From: the human T2T-CHM13v2.0 reference genome, Homo sapiens
Reading direction: 5' to 3' (one strand)
Assembly: GCF_009914755.1 (NCBI RefSeq)
Contig: NC_060926.1
DNA: 64,000 bases
The position numbers and the translations under genes were made by a program. How positions within the stretch are numbered: position 1 is the stretch's first letter; every line of letters starts with the position of its first letter. A model generated the notes under the pieces. The model saw only the letters and a program-made list of their open reading frames with translations, was not told the origin of the DNA and searched no databases. Shown piece after piece: positions 1 to 13,635 of the stretch.

Positions 1-574
<574 letters not shown>

Positions 575-589
575 AGATAACTAATCACT

Positions 590-830
590 ATCAATGTTAA
601 CTTTGATCACGTGGATGAGGAAGTAGTGTTGGTCAGCTTTCTCTACTATAAAATTACTTTCTGTTGCTCTTTCCATATGGCATTCTTTGAAAGAAAGTCC
701 ACTCTGTGAAGCCTACCTCAAGGTTAGAATATCTACATATATTATTTGAAATTCTTCTTCACAAGATATTTATCTATTCTCCATTTTTTTAAATTCAATA
801 ATCTGTTTACATCAGTATGGACTAATGGAA
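590..830 (-). mobile_element. Old L1 (L1MC-like) 3' UTR fragment
   Basis: GTTAACTTTGATCAC...AGAATATCTACATATATTATTTGAAATTCTTC...ATCAGTATGGACT resembles L1M 3' ends in antisense. Confidence 0.55.
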
Positions 831-990
831 GTTTTATGTTGATATTTATAATGGCACAATTTTGAAAATACTTTAAATGTTCATTTCTAGTGATTAAATA
901 AAATAGGAAATTTCATACAATGGGGTAATATGGCGCATATAACATGATAATGTTAACATATTTATTGACATAGAAAAATATCCATATCCA

Positions 991-1282
991 GGCTGGGCAC
1001 CATGGCTCACGCCTGTAATCCCAGCACTTTGGGAGGCCGAGGTGGGTGAATTACCTGAGGTCAAGAGTTTGAGACAGCCTGGTCAACATGAAAAAAACCC
1101 ATCTCTACTAAAAATATAAAAATTAGCCAGGTGTGGTGCATGCATCTGTAGTCCCAGCTACTCAGGAGGCTGATGCAGGAGAATTGCTTCAACCTGGGAG
1201 GTGGAGGTTGCAGTGAACTTAGATCACACCGCTGCACTCCAGACTGGGCAACAGAGCAAGACTCCATCTCAAAAAAGAAAAA
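991..1282 (+). mobile_element. AluS element
   Basis: Full Alu dimer flanked by direct repeat AAAAATATCCATAT. Confidence 0.97.
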
Positions 1283-1494
1283 TATCCATATTGATATAAA
1301 AAAAGCAAGATAACTATTCATAATATAGTTGTATTGTTGCAAAAAAGTGTGTAAATTGGAGTGTTTTTTTGAATAATTTTTTAAAGTCTGATTTAAAAAC
1401 AAAGGTATATGTTAAAAGTGGTTTTACCTAGGTATTGGGATTATGGTGGTGGATTTTCACTTTCTATATCATATAGTTTTAATTCTTCTCATCT

Positions 1495-2205
<711 letters not shown>

Positions 2206-2469
2206 TTTTCATACTGAATATATATTAAATTCATTGTGTTTTATCATTAAATTTTTCCACATTAACTTCTTATTTTGAATGAGCATCATTATCCACCTTT
2301 GACTGCACAGTTTTATTTTCTCCTTGCATATTACATAGTTGCAAGCATTCTGCTCATTCCAGGTTTTTTGAAATGGATGTGGCCCACCCATGAAATAGAA
2401 AGAGCTATCACTGTTATGTGTAATGAGTGCTATAATCTCTGCTTACACGTCTCACTTCATGATATAAAA

Positions 2470-2625
2470 TCTTGTGACAGATATCACTATCATCATCTTC
2501 ATTGCTTCAGAGATGAAGTTCTTGAGACTTCTAGAACTGACAAGTCCCACAGTTAGTAAAGGGAAGAATCAAGTTTTAAACCAAGAGGTGTTTAAATCCA
2601 AAGTTCATCTTTTTAACCATTATAT
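2470..2625 (-). mobile_element. MIR fragment
   Basis: CAGAGATGAAG...AAGTCCCACAGTTAGTAAAG...TTTAAACCAAG...CTTTTTAACCATTAT resembles the MIR core. Confidence 0.55.
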
Positions 2626-2669
2626 CCCATATGGTAACACTTGCTTCTAGAAATGTTATACAATAATTA

Positions 2670-2949
2670 TTCCATATCTACAGGTTCCACATCCGAGGAT
2701 TCAACCAACTACAGATCAAACACATTCAGAAAAAAGAATAAAAATAATATAATAAAAATAGAGCTTAGCAACTATGTAGCATTTACACTGTACTAGGTAT
2801 GATAATTAATATATGAAAGAAGGTGGATAGGTTATGTGCTAATACTATGCTATTTTATATAAGGGACTTAAGCCTCTGAGGTTATTGCTATCCCGGGGAG
2901 TTGGGGGGATCCTGGAACCAATCCCTGTAGATACTGAGGGATTACCGTA
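2670..2949 (-). mobile_element. MER2 (TcMar-Tigger) DNA transposon
   Basis: GGTTCCACATCCGAGGATTCAACCAAC...TCCTGGAACCAATCCC...GATACTGAGGGA matches MER2 in antisense. Confidence 0.85.
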
Positions 2950-4447
2950 TAACACTGCCCTTCACTCACCCATTTAATGCCACCTATTTTCTCTTACTCA
3001 CATTCTCCTAGGCTCTTTAATTCCTAGGCTCTAAGCCTTATGTCAAATATTCTCCTTGAGTCTATTTGATAACTCATCCAAACCAGCCATCATTGTTTTT
3101 TCCCTTTTAATCTCAAACATGCTCATAATAATGAACTGCCTTCTGATTCCACCGACCTCAAATTATGAGCTGGACGATATTTGTAACAAGCTTGGGCAAT
3201 GCCAGGCCTGTATTCTTGTAAGCCATATTCATAAAAGCAATGCCTGTTCCATTCATTCACTGTATTTGTAACGCATGTAGGGTTTTTCATTAGGTTTTAA
3301 TATTGATTCAGTAGAAAGGGAAAATATACCCTCCTTTGAGAAGAACAAACTTTTTTTTAATGAGTTATCCTTCAAGAAAGAATTCTGTTTTAATTAAAGG
3401 CTAAGTATGAAGTAATTACTCATTTATTTTGTTTGACTAGATTTAGTAAATTGTGCACCTGAATATTTTAAATACATTATGATCACAGCCCTTGATACCT
3501 AGTGCAGTTGGGCCAAGAGCAAGACTGTTAACTAAGGCTGCATTGTTTAATACTCTTCTATCTCAATAAGTGTTTGCACTCATTTTTCTGACCCATGAAA
3601 TACTAGGAGGTATGTATCTCACTAATATTTATAGCTCTTATATTTATCTTCTTGCTAAAAAAAAATGCATTTTAAGCTTGAATGTTCTTCAGTAGTTGTG
3701 ACGTATGTTTTGGGTAATTGCATGAAATCATAAAACATGGCCAGTGTAGGAGATAGGAAATTTCAAAAATAAAATCTGTGTTCATTACTTAAAGTGTAAA
3801 TGAGTTCACAAGGATATTGATGTTCTTTTTTAAGCTTTCTGCTCCCTTTGACCCTCTTTTTTTTTCTTTTTCTCTGTCACAATAACTCAGTGCTATATTA
3901 CAAATTATATGACACGAAAACCAACATTATATCTAATTTTGAGATGTTTATTTGTTTTCCCAGCTGTAGTGGTTCTAAGAATCTTGTATTACTGAAAATG
4001 CTACCTATTGTGATGAGCCTGCTATCATTTTATTCTGAACAAACCTCATTCTTCAGCCTGTCAATGTTTTAAAGAGGATGGGATACATTTGGACAATCTT
4101 TTGTCTTATTGATTTATTTTTGTAACAAATCAGGCTGTCACTCTAAACAAATTGCCTTCCTCAGATTATGCTTTCATTGTAGACATACGACATTTTTTCA
4201 AGTTCTTTGAAAAGTGTTTAATTGTTACGAATAATAAGGGTAACTATTAGGCAAGTTTCAGATTGCTTCTCATTTGAAGTTTCCATCAGTTAAAGAAATC
4301 TAAATGTGTTTCAATTTGGTAATAGAATGTTTATAAATGTTTATGAAGAAGCTTACCAACACAAACACAAGTAAATACAAGCCACCGAGTCTTTTAGAAC
4401 AAATGCATAGTAACACTGAAATTATAACCATTATACACTTAACATTA

Positions 4448-5255
4448 TGTAGAAGATACCTATGGTATAATAAATACATTTGGTCTTTTTGTCCCCAGTT
4501 CTTAGTACAGGGCTCCTAAAACACTAGGAAAAGATACAGGAAAAAATACAGAAAACACTAGAATAGATACAGGAGCGTCTTTTCTCCTTTTCTTACTCCT
4601 AACAAGCATCTTTTGATCACATCTAGGTTTATGTTAATATGGTGACTTAGGGTAGAGCCCCTAGATAGCCTTAGTATGGGGCAGATCATCAGAAACAACA
4701 GGTAATTGGAGGGTTAAAACTTTCAGCCCTGCAGAGTTACTTCCAGGAAGAGGGTGGAAGAAAGGGAGATTAAGCTCTATAAAGACTCCTGAGCCACAAG
4801 ATTCCGTGAGTTTCTGGGTAGGTGACCACATCAAGGTGCTAGGAGGGAGCATCACACTCCCTCCTGCAACACTGACCAAGCCTTGCCCATGAATCTCTTC
4901 TGTATGTCTGTTCCTGAGTTGTATTCTTTGTGATAAGCCAGTAAATGTAAGCAAAGTGTTTTCCCGAGCTTGGTGAGTCATTCTAGCAAACTACTGAACA
5001 GGAGGAAGGTGTCATAGTAACCCTGGATTTATAGCCAGTCTGTCAGATATATGGGAGGCTCAAACGTGCAACCGGCATCAGAAGTAAGGACAGTCTTGTG
5101 GGACTGAGCCCTTTTACTTATGGGATCTGATGCTAATGCCAGATAGACAGGGTCAAAGTTCAATTAAACTGCGGGACACCCAGCAAGTGCCCAGGAAGCT
5201 GGAGAATCGTTTGGTGTGTAAAAAACCCACACATTTGCTGTCAGAAGCATTGTAT
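4448..5255 (+). mobile_element. MER21 (B/C) LTR, interrupted near its 3' end by another LTR
   Basis: TGGTCTTTTTGTCCCCAGTTC...GCTCCTAAAAC...GTCTTGTGGGACTGAGCCC...AAAACCCACACATTTG motifs. Confidence 0.8.
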
Positions 5256-5864
5256 TGAGAGCGACAGGAGGTAGCCAAATGCCTAGGCAGATAGGAACGG
5301 GTCCCCGGTGAAACCCCACCTCCAAGCCGAAGACCGTTTAAAGCCTGAAAGCCAAGCTACAAGTTAAATCCTCAGACCCAATTGAGAATTTGTCTTCCTG
5401 TTTCTTTCTTCCTGTTCACCTATCTTATATATACCTACGCTTTCCTAGTTGGTTTTTCTACACTGTCGTGGCCACCTTTGAGTGGTGTCTTTGCTTTAAC
5501 CTTTTATGCATACTCACAAACCAATCAGCATGCACTTTCCATAACAAGTCCATAAAAGGCCCCGGACCCAGCCACACGGGGGTCTTTCCCACCTTTGGGT
5601 AGAGGGACCCCCTCTGCATCCCCTCTCCACTGAAAGCTGTTTCATCACTCAGTAAAATTCTTCATCCTCCTTATCCTTCAATGTCTAGCATATCCTCATT
5701 CTTCTTGGGCACAGTACAAGAGCTCAGGAACCGCTGAATGTGGGTACAAGCTATAACAGAGGCAAGCTGAGGCATGCCAGCATGGCCTAATGAGGCCGGG
5801 GTGGGGCTTCTCCGGCCAAGGGTCCCTGGCTTGCAAAGTGACCAAGAAGAAAAATCCTGCATCA
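5256..5864 (+). mobile_element. ERV1 solo LTR (LTR27-like, LTR1/27/28 group)
   Basis: TG...CA termini (TGAGAGCGACAGGAGG...AAAATCCTGCATCA); 4-bp TSD GTAT at 5252-5255 and 5865-5868. Confidence 0.85.
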
Positions 5865-6029
5865 GTATGTGTAAGGAAACAGCTTCTGAGTGTGAGTGTG
5901 AGCTCCTGAGTGTGTGAATGTTAAGTTGCAAAATGGTATGAGTAGTACATCAGAAGACATTTAGTCAGCCAGTGTCAAATAATCTATTAAGCTGCTGTGG
6001 TTCAGAACTAAGCTAAGAACTTTGACATT

Positions 6030-6112
6030 CATCTCATTTAATCCTCATGACAACTAAGGGAGATAAATATTACTATCATAATTTTACAAATGAGAAAACT
6101 GGAGCCTAAAGT
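6030..6112 (-). mobile_element. MIR fragment
   Basis: ATCTCATTTAATCCTCATGACAAC...ATTTTACAAATGAGAAAACTG. Confidence 0.65.
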
Positions 6113-6339
6113 CATTCTGTGTAAAAAAATGGATAAAAGCATTAAGGAAACAGGCCCAAGCAGATAACATGAAGAAAAAAAGACCTTTTTAGACAAAGAT
6201 TTCTAAATGTCTAGAAAAGGAGATAACCTTTTTTTTTTTTCATGCAAGAGATTTTATCATCACAAATTTTGTTTTATTTTTAAAAGTATTTATTAAAGCC
6301 TACAATCTTATGCCTATGCCATATGCCAGGGACTACTCT

Positions 6340-6506
6340 ATTATTATTATTATTTTAGAGACAGATTCTTGCTATGTTGCCCAGGCTAGAGTTCCATGAA
6401 TGTTCATAGTTGTGGTCATAGCTCACTGCAGCCTCAAACTCCTGGACTCAAGTGATCTTCCCACCTCAGTCTCCCAAGCAGCTGAGACTATAGGCATGCA
6501 CCAGAC
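6340..6506 (-). mobile_element. FAM (fossil Alu monomer)
   Basis: Single monomer keeping the longer 7SL-derived segment (TGTTCATAGTTGTGGTCATAGCTCACTGCAGCC); (TTA)n tail. Confidence 0.8.
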
Positions 6507-7148
6507 CATCACAAATTTTAATAGGTAGAAATAAGCAATTACTATTTGAAAACAATTCTTCCAAGAGGTAAAGATGACAAGACTCTATGAAGTTTCCTCA
6601 AAAGCTAGTGCTGTGATTCTGCCTCCAGTCAAGGACCACACGTGGCCCCAAGATATTTAAAAACAAATGAGTCATATCATTGAGTAAGAAGTCTCATTGA
6701 TTACAATATTTTTAACGCTCCAATGCATGTCACTTTGGGCACCTTTTTCTGCACCCACTGTCATATAATTACTCTGCTGAAGTTTTTCTATTTGTGCTGT
6801 GACTTCAGGGGTTGAAAAATAAATGAAGTGGAAATACATTGATGGCTATGGTTAGTGAAGAGGTCAAATGAACTTCTCCTAGCTCTGCACTTTGCAGCCA
6901 CGGAACGCAGAGACTCCGCCTCAAAGATTTCTGCTAAAGAGTTCTGCACTACAGGAAATGAAAACATGTGGTTCTTTTGGAGATGTTAGGGCCAGAAATA
7001 AATATAAAAATTATCTTCATCCATTATGTACAAATGAGTTTCCTATTTAAAATAATCAATCAAGAGAGTTAAGGAGAGTGTGATAGAGTTGGCTAGCATA
7101 AATATATCTCTCAAAAGTGTATGTACTTTTTCCAAGAGTTACAATGTT

Positions 7149-7330
7149 TAGGGTTGCCAGATTTAGCAAATAAAACTACAATATGCCCAGCTAAATTGGA
7201 ATTTCAGATAGTGAAATTTTTTAGTAAAAGTATGCCCACAATATTACATGAGACTTATATTCAAAAAAAAAATCTTGTTTACCCAAATTTAAAATCAATG
7301 GGGATTCTGTATTTTAATGTTTTAACACTA
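7149..7330. mobile_element. MER53 (hAT-type palindromic MITE)
   Basis: TAGGGTTGCCAGATTTAGCAAATAAAA...TAAATTGGAATTTCAGATA. Confidence 0.75.
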
Positions 7331-8485
7331 CTAGAAAATGTATCAAGCAGAGGACAGTTTGGAAATAAGGAAAATAAGATGGTTCAATAACTCTTTAGGA
7401 AGAAAAATGGACGTATCAAAATAAAGGTCTAATATATTAGCCAGAGAGTTAACATTTTTCTGGGCCAAAGCACATTAGGCATGGAAGGTAAAGAGTTTCC
7501 TGATAATAAGGGCAAGTCAGTTGCTTTCCAGTTCTGTAGAGATAAATGCAGAAGATCCTATGAATACTATTGCCTTACAAGAAATACACAGGCCCACATA
7601 TCATATCCATTTTGACTCCTGGATTTGCTAACCTTTGTTACTATAAGGCATTGTTTTGATCAGTGTTCTTATGTATACATAAGCTCTGTTTTGGAGAACT
7701 TTTAAGATTTAGAGAGAAACGAAATAAGATTCCTGAATTTCTGTGTATAGCTGTGTCACTTACATTTTATATTGTTGACCACTGAAAAAATGAAAAAAAA
7801 AGGGCAAGTTTTCAAAAAACTCAATGAAGCTAGTAACTTTAGACATTTAAGGTAACAAGAATAGGGCTCAATAAGTCACCCCAGCTGGAAATTAAATAAG
7901 GGCTATTCAGTCTCATACATCCGAACATATACTTACTTTCTAAATTTAAGAGCAACATCTCATTGCCACTTCCATTTTTTTCATTGATAAAACAGTATGT
8001 AATACAGAAAGCAGACCAAAGCTCTGTACATTCCATGAGATTTGTGAGTTTCTCTGAAACATTTGTAATCATGTATCAAAAGGCAGAATGCTAAGGTGGC
8101 TTGTTGTAATAATTTATACAGAGAATTCCCATTTTATGCCTCACAGGCCAACAAAGAGTTTAGCAATTGTTCTGTTAAATAAAGTGCTAAACTGGAACTA
8201 GAATCCCTGAATCCCATCCCCCAGCAGCATGGCTTTATTACCCTTACATGTCGCTTCTGGCAAAAGCCTCTGAGCATCTCTACCTTACAGTTTGAGGTTT
8301 TCACAATTATCATCATCTGCTTTGTTTTTAGGATGCACTTCCACTTCAAAATGGTATTCATGCTTGGGGATTGTGTTCGAAGCCATACAAAACACTAAGC
8401 CAATTTTATTTTGCTCATTATAACCAAAGGTTGAAAATATTTTACCCTGTCAATATTTTTCTTTTCTCACCCCATGGACTTCATA

Positions 8486-9625
8486 CAGTCATATGCAACA
8501 TAACGATGCTTGGGTCAAGATCACATATATGACAGTGGTCCCATAAGATTATAATAGAGATGAAAAATTTATATTGCCTAGTGATGTCCTAATGTCATAG
8601 GGCAGTGGATTACCCATGTTTGTGGTGATGCTTGTGTAAGCAAACCTACTATGCTGCCTGTCATTTAAACGGATAGCACATACAATTATGTACAGTACAT
8701 AACACTTGATAATGATAATAAATGATTGCCTTACTGGTTTATGTATTTACTATACTTTAAAATGTTATCTTAGAGTGTACTTCTTCTACCTATAAAAAAT
8801 GTTAATTGAAAAAACAGCCTCAGGCAGGTCCTTACAAGGTCCAGAAGAACACTTTGTTATCATATGAGATGATGTCATAGACAATGGCATGGTGTCATTG
8901 TCCCTGAAGACCTTCCACTGGGACAAGATGTGAAGGTGGAAGACAGTGATACTGAATATCCTGACCTTGTGTGGGGCTAGGATAATATGTGTGTTTGGGG
9001 CTTCATTTTTAACAACAACAAAAAAAGTTTTAAAAAGTAAAAAAAAAAAAAAAAAAAACAAAATAAAGCAGAAAGAAGCTTATAGAAAATATTTTTGTAT
9101 AACTGTACAATGTGTTTATGTTTAAAGCTAAGTGTTTTACGAGTCAAAATTTTAAAAAAAACCAAAGTTTATAAAGTAAAAAAAGCTACAATAAGCTAAG
9201 GTTAATTTATTATTGAAGAAAAAATATTTTTAATAAGCTTAGTGTAGCCTAAGTGTACAGTGTTTATGAAGTCTACAGTAGTGTACAGTAATGTCCTAGG
9301 CCTTTGGGTTCACTCACTACACACTCAGTGACTCACCCAGAGCAACTTCCAGTCCATTCATGGTAAGTACCCTACACAGGTGTACTATTTTTTACCATAT
9401 TTTTACTGAACCTTTTCTGCGTTTAGATATGTTTAGGTACACAAATACTTACCATTGTGTTATAATTGTCTCCAGTGTTCAGTACAGTAACATGTTCTAC
9501 TGGTTTTCAGCCTAGGAGCATTAGGCTATACCATACAGCCTAGTTGTGTAGTAGACTGTACTATCTAGGATTGTGTATGTGCACTCTACCATGTTCCTGC
9601 AACATTACTGACTGACATATGACTG
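8486..9625 (+). mobile_element. Tigger3b (GOLEM_B) non-autonomous DNA transposon, near complete
   Basis: CAGTCATATG...ATATGACTG inverted ends flanked by TA (8484-8485, 9626-9627); internal GGTCCCATAAGATTATAAT and CAGCCTCAGGCAGGTCCTT motifs. Confidence 0.9.
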
Positions 9626-9681
9626 TATATATGGACAAATGTAGATAGATGCAAGATATAGATTAGATAGAATCAATAGAT

Positions 9682-9730
9682 ACTAAGTTGGTGCAAAGGT
9701 AATTGCATTTTTTGCCATTAAAAGTAATAG
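9682..9730. mobile_element. MADE1 (Hsmar1 MITE), partial
   Basis: TAAGTTGGTGCAAAGGTAATTGCATTTTTTGCCATTAAAAGTAAT is one Hsmar1 TIR plus the spacer. Confidence 0.8.
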
Positions 9731-11778
9731 ATACATACACATATATTATACCCTGAACTTAATACTTTACACATATAGAGTTTAAATCCACTAAAAAAAA
9801 GTCTGTGTAGTGGAATTGTCCCTGGTTTGTGGCTATCACACTAACACACTAATCAAGTCATTTTCAAAGAATTTTGTTAAATTACTAAAATGATGTAGAC
9901 ACTAGTCCCATCTTAGAAATTCACTCCCCCTTTGAGGATCCAGAATATGCAGAAAAAGGACAAATGTGTAACATTTTTGTTTGCTTCATTTGGTTGGTGT
10001 TTGCCTAGCAAGCTGCAAGCTTCTAGCAAGAATGCAAGCTTTTCCCTCTTCATGGTAGGCGCTCAATGAATAATTAATCATCAAACGAAGCTGCATTGGT
10101 TGCCAGGAGGTTAGCCACCGGGCATCAACTGTTACGGTGCGCTGGCTTGAGAGGAAAATATCTGGCTGACATGAAATCAGGTAATTAACGAATTCTAAGA
10201 AATTCTTTTGAAGAAAAAGGTCTGCTGCTGGAATAATTCAATAATAATAAAAGGAATTGAAGAAAAATATAACCTCTGCACTTTTTTCAACTTTTCAACA
10301 AGTGAGTTGCTAAAAACCCATATGCTTGTCATTCATAAATGCATTTCCAGACTTTATCACTTTCTCAAACTCCTTGATGCTTTTTGGCAGTTTTATTCCT
10401 TTTTGCCCCAGCTGTAGCAGTTCACTGTGCTGGAGGAGTTTTGAGTTACTGTGTCTTTCCGAGACATTGATAATTTCCACCTAATACATTGTACCGCTTG
10501 CAACTAGGAAAAGAAAATTGTGATGTGTCATCGTCTTGTCTTTAAGCGATTTCACTTGCAAAATTCCCTTAGTGCATAACTTACTCCGATTTCAAGTGAG
10601 ACAACATGAATACTACATTACAACCTGGTAAGTCATAGATATTCTAAATTAGGAGAACGGGGAACTCAAATAAAGGATACATAAGTTTGTCAGTATGTGG
10701 GTGGGTTGGAGAGGAAGGGGAAGAAGACAAACAGAGAAATAATATAGGTTAGAAATTTTGTTCTTTGGATAAAATTGGCATATTGGGTTGACTCTATAGA
10801 AACATTAAAATGCATTGGAGATATAAAAAGCCTAGGAAAAAGAAAACTGTAATCAGATAATTCTCTTTATTATATAACCAGAAAATATGAAAAAACAGAG
10901 GCAGAAATATTGTTAAAAGTATATTAAAGAGTGTCTGAAAAATCATTTTATCACCCAAAACTTTAGATTCTCTTAGATTCTTTGCTAGTCAATTGTTATG
11001 AATCAAAGTTTTCTCTATTTTTTTTTTTTTTTTGTCTCCCAACCAGATAGATTTTGGTTCCCATTCAGGATAAAAGAAGAACAAAATCCATATGAACTAT
11101 TCAAAATCTCATTTTTTATAATGTTTTTCTTGATCTCCTCCTACCAATACCCTCTCTCTTTCATTGTTCTTCTTTATATTTACTCCTCTGAGATGTCATT
11201 TCTACAGAAAACCGAAAAGCAGGAACCTAGCTTTGGAATCTTTGATATGCTCAGTATGTGACTCCATTCCCAAATGCCCTTTGTTTCAACTGAAATCTTT
11301 TTAGTCTTTTATGCTTTTTGTTCTTACTCCAGGCTAACATGAATAGAAATGCTTGACTACAAGATTTTGCATTCAATTTTTAGGTTGAAGGTTGAAGCAT
11401 CTTCCTTCTGAAAGTGTCTAACTCAAAACTTTGCAAGTCACTTGAAAACTTGTTCTTTATTCTTTTCTATGACCCAAACAATTAACCAAGTCAGAGGGAC
11501 AGATGAGAAAGAAGTACGGAAATTGCAGAACTTTTTCCACAGAAATAATTTGTGAGTGCATTATTTTTTTCTCTCTCTCTCTCCTACCAAATATCTATCT
11601 TAGAGAGCCTTAAAATTCATACATTATTTTAATGAGTAAAGGGTAGAAAATATTTTTATAAAATTTAAGGTACATTCATGTCTTTACGTGTAAATAAGCA
11701 TTATCTTACTAAAGCAAGGATGTAGAAGAGATGACTTTTGGTTCTCTTTTGATCTCGAAGAAATGATGCGGAGACCAC

Positions 11779-12476
11779 TGAGGCAGAAGAATAGGGTCTG
11801 GTGGCAGGGAACTTAGGCCGCTGATTTGTGCTGACTTCCTAAAGCTGAATCAAGGGAAACCATCAAGGTCTGGGGGAAAGGAATCTGAGGACAATTCGTG
11901 ATAATTTCTTAAAGTTAAATCAAAGGTTAAACACCTGGGTCTGGGGTCAGAGAACCTAAGACCAATTAATGCGAACTTCCTAAAGCTAAACCAAAAGGGA
12001 AAACCCTGCCTCCCCACACCCCAGAAAGAAGGGATCCAAGGCCACTTTCTCTACAACCCTCCCCACCCCACCATGTCTAAGATGGAAAGGGAGAGTGCCT
12101 TGGAGTGGCCAAGGGCCAAGCACTGGGCACCCCTTCATCAGCACAGGGCGCCAGTCTGCTTGGCCTTGGGTTAGCCATGAGCCAATCCACCTCAGTCTTT
12201 AGCCATGGACCAAATCCTTTATCTAGATAAGGGTAACTGACAGGGACCTCAAAAAGGAGCACTTCCAACCCAGAAAACTGTAACTGAGCCCTTGAGCTGC
12301 TGACTCGGGCCCGCTCCCACCCTGTAGAGTGCTTTCTTGCTTTAATAAATCCCTGCTTTCGCTGCTTCATTTCTGTGTTTCGTTCCAAAGTAACAAACTT
12401 CATGCATTTTGTTCAATTCTTTGTTCAAAACGCCAAGGACCTGGACAACTCACTCAAGGCCTTCCTTCCGGTAACA
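11779..12476 (+). mobile_element. MER51-family ERV1 solo LTR
   Basis: TGAGGCAGAAGAATAGGGTCTGG...CCGGTAACA; TSD CCAC at 11775-11778 and 12477-12480; internal AATAAA. Confidence 0.9.
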
Positions 12477-13426
12477 CCACCATCATCCTGTTTTGATGGT
12501 GTTTCTTGTTCAAAAATTGAAGTTGAGATTAGTGCTGTTAGGTTTCTCCACCTAACTTCTAAAGGGTATTTGTCAGATTGACTTACATGATATTTTATTC
12601 CAATTCTACATGTTTCACCATAAAAACACTCCTAATTTCCCTAATGAATATCACTCTTGACATCAGCCAATATACTCCTTTATGTTGTTCCCTTGAGGAA
12701 ACAATGTTGAGAAAACTAATCTTCGGGAAAGATCCCATAAGAGTTTACTCTACATAGTTTAATTTGTCCCTTGAATATTTGATGTCAGAACAAAATACGT
12801 TTTACAGAAATATCTGCCCACACAGATGATTCCGGTGATTTAGACATTGTCTTTAACTTTAACCCCTAACTGTGAAGTGCTATAGTCATATGTGCTCCAA
12901 TTATGCAAATATTATGTCTACAATTTCGTGGAATTTTTTAAAACCTGTATTTGAGTATTTTATATCCAGACTTTAATGAAAAAATAGACAAATTAAAAAC
13001 ACAGATTAAAAAACAAAAGAGTGAGTGCTTGAAAACAATGCAAAAGAACACAAAGAAAATCATCAAAGAAGTTTAGGGAAGTATTAAAATTAGCAGAAAT
13101 TAAAATAACACACAGATTATCAAAATTATCATCTTTTTAAAATGACTTGAGAGCCTGGACATGTGTTTCTGGGGAGGTAGATGAAGCTTTCTCTTCAACA
13201 GTGTCAAATGAAGCTTTCTCTTCAATCGTCAAATGCAGCCACATGTGGCCCATGTGACTGCTAAATGAGCAAGTTATTTTTCCAATATCAGAAATTTTAA
13301 AGGCACTTATTCTCTGATGCAAAATAATTTGAACTATAAGGAAAAGCTTCCTTACTGGGCATTTGTTTCCACCTAGAATCTGAGTACAAATGTTTCCTGA
13401 ATCACTTGAAAAGTATTGCTGTATAG

Positions 13427-13635
13427 CAGGGGCCTGATCCTTGTGCTAAACCCATCCTGATGTCTGTTTTTGTGAAAAAGGTTTTATTGGAGCTTGGCCA
13501 CACCATGTTTACTATTGTCTATGATTGCTTTCACCTTGCAATGCAGGGTTGAACAGTTGCAACAGAGACCCTGTGGCTGGCAAAGTCTAAAATATTTACT
13601 CGCTGACCCTTTATAGAAAAGTGGCTGACATGTCG
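13427..13635. mobile_element. MER58A (hAT-Charlie)
   Basis: GTTTTATTGGAGC...GTTGCAACAGAGACC...CTAAAATATTTACT...CCCTTTATAGAAAA. Confidence 0.8.
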
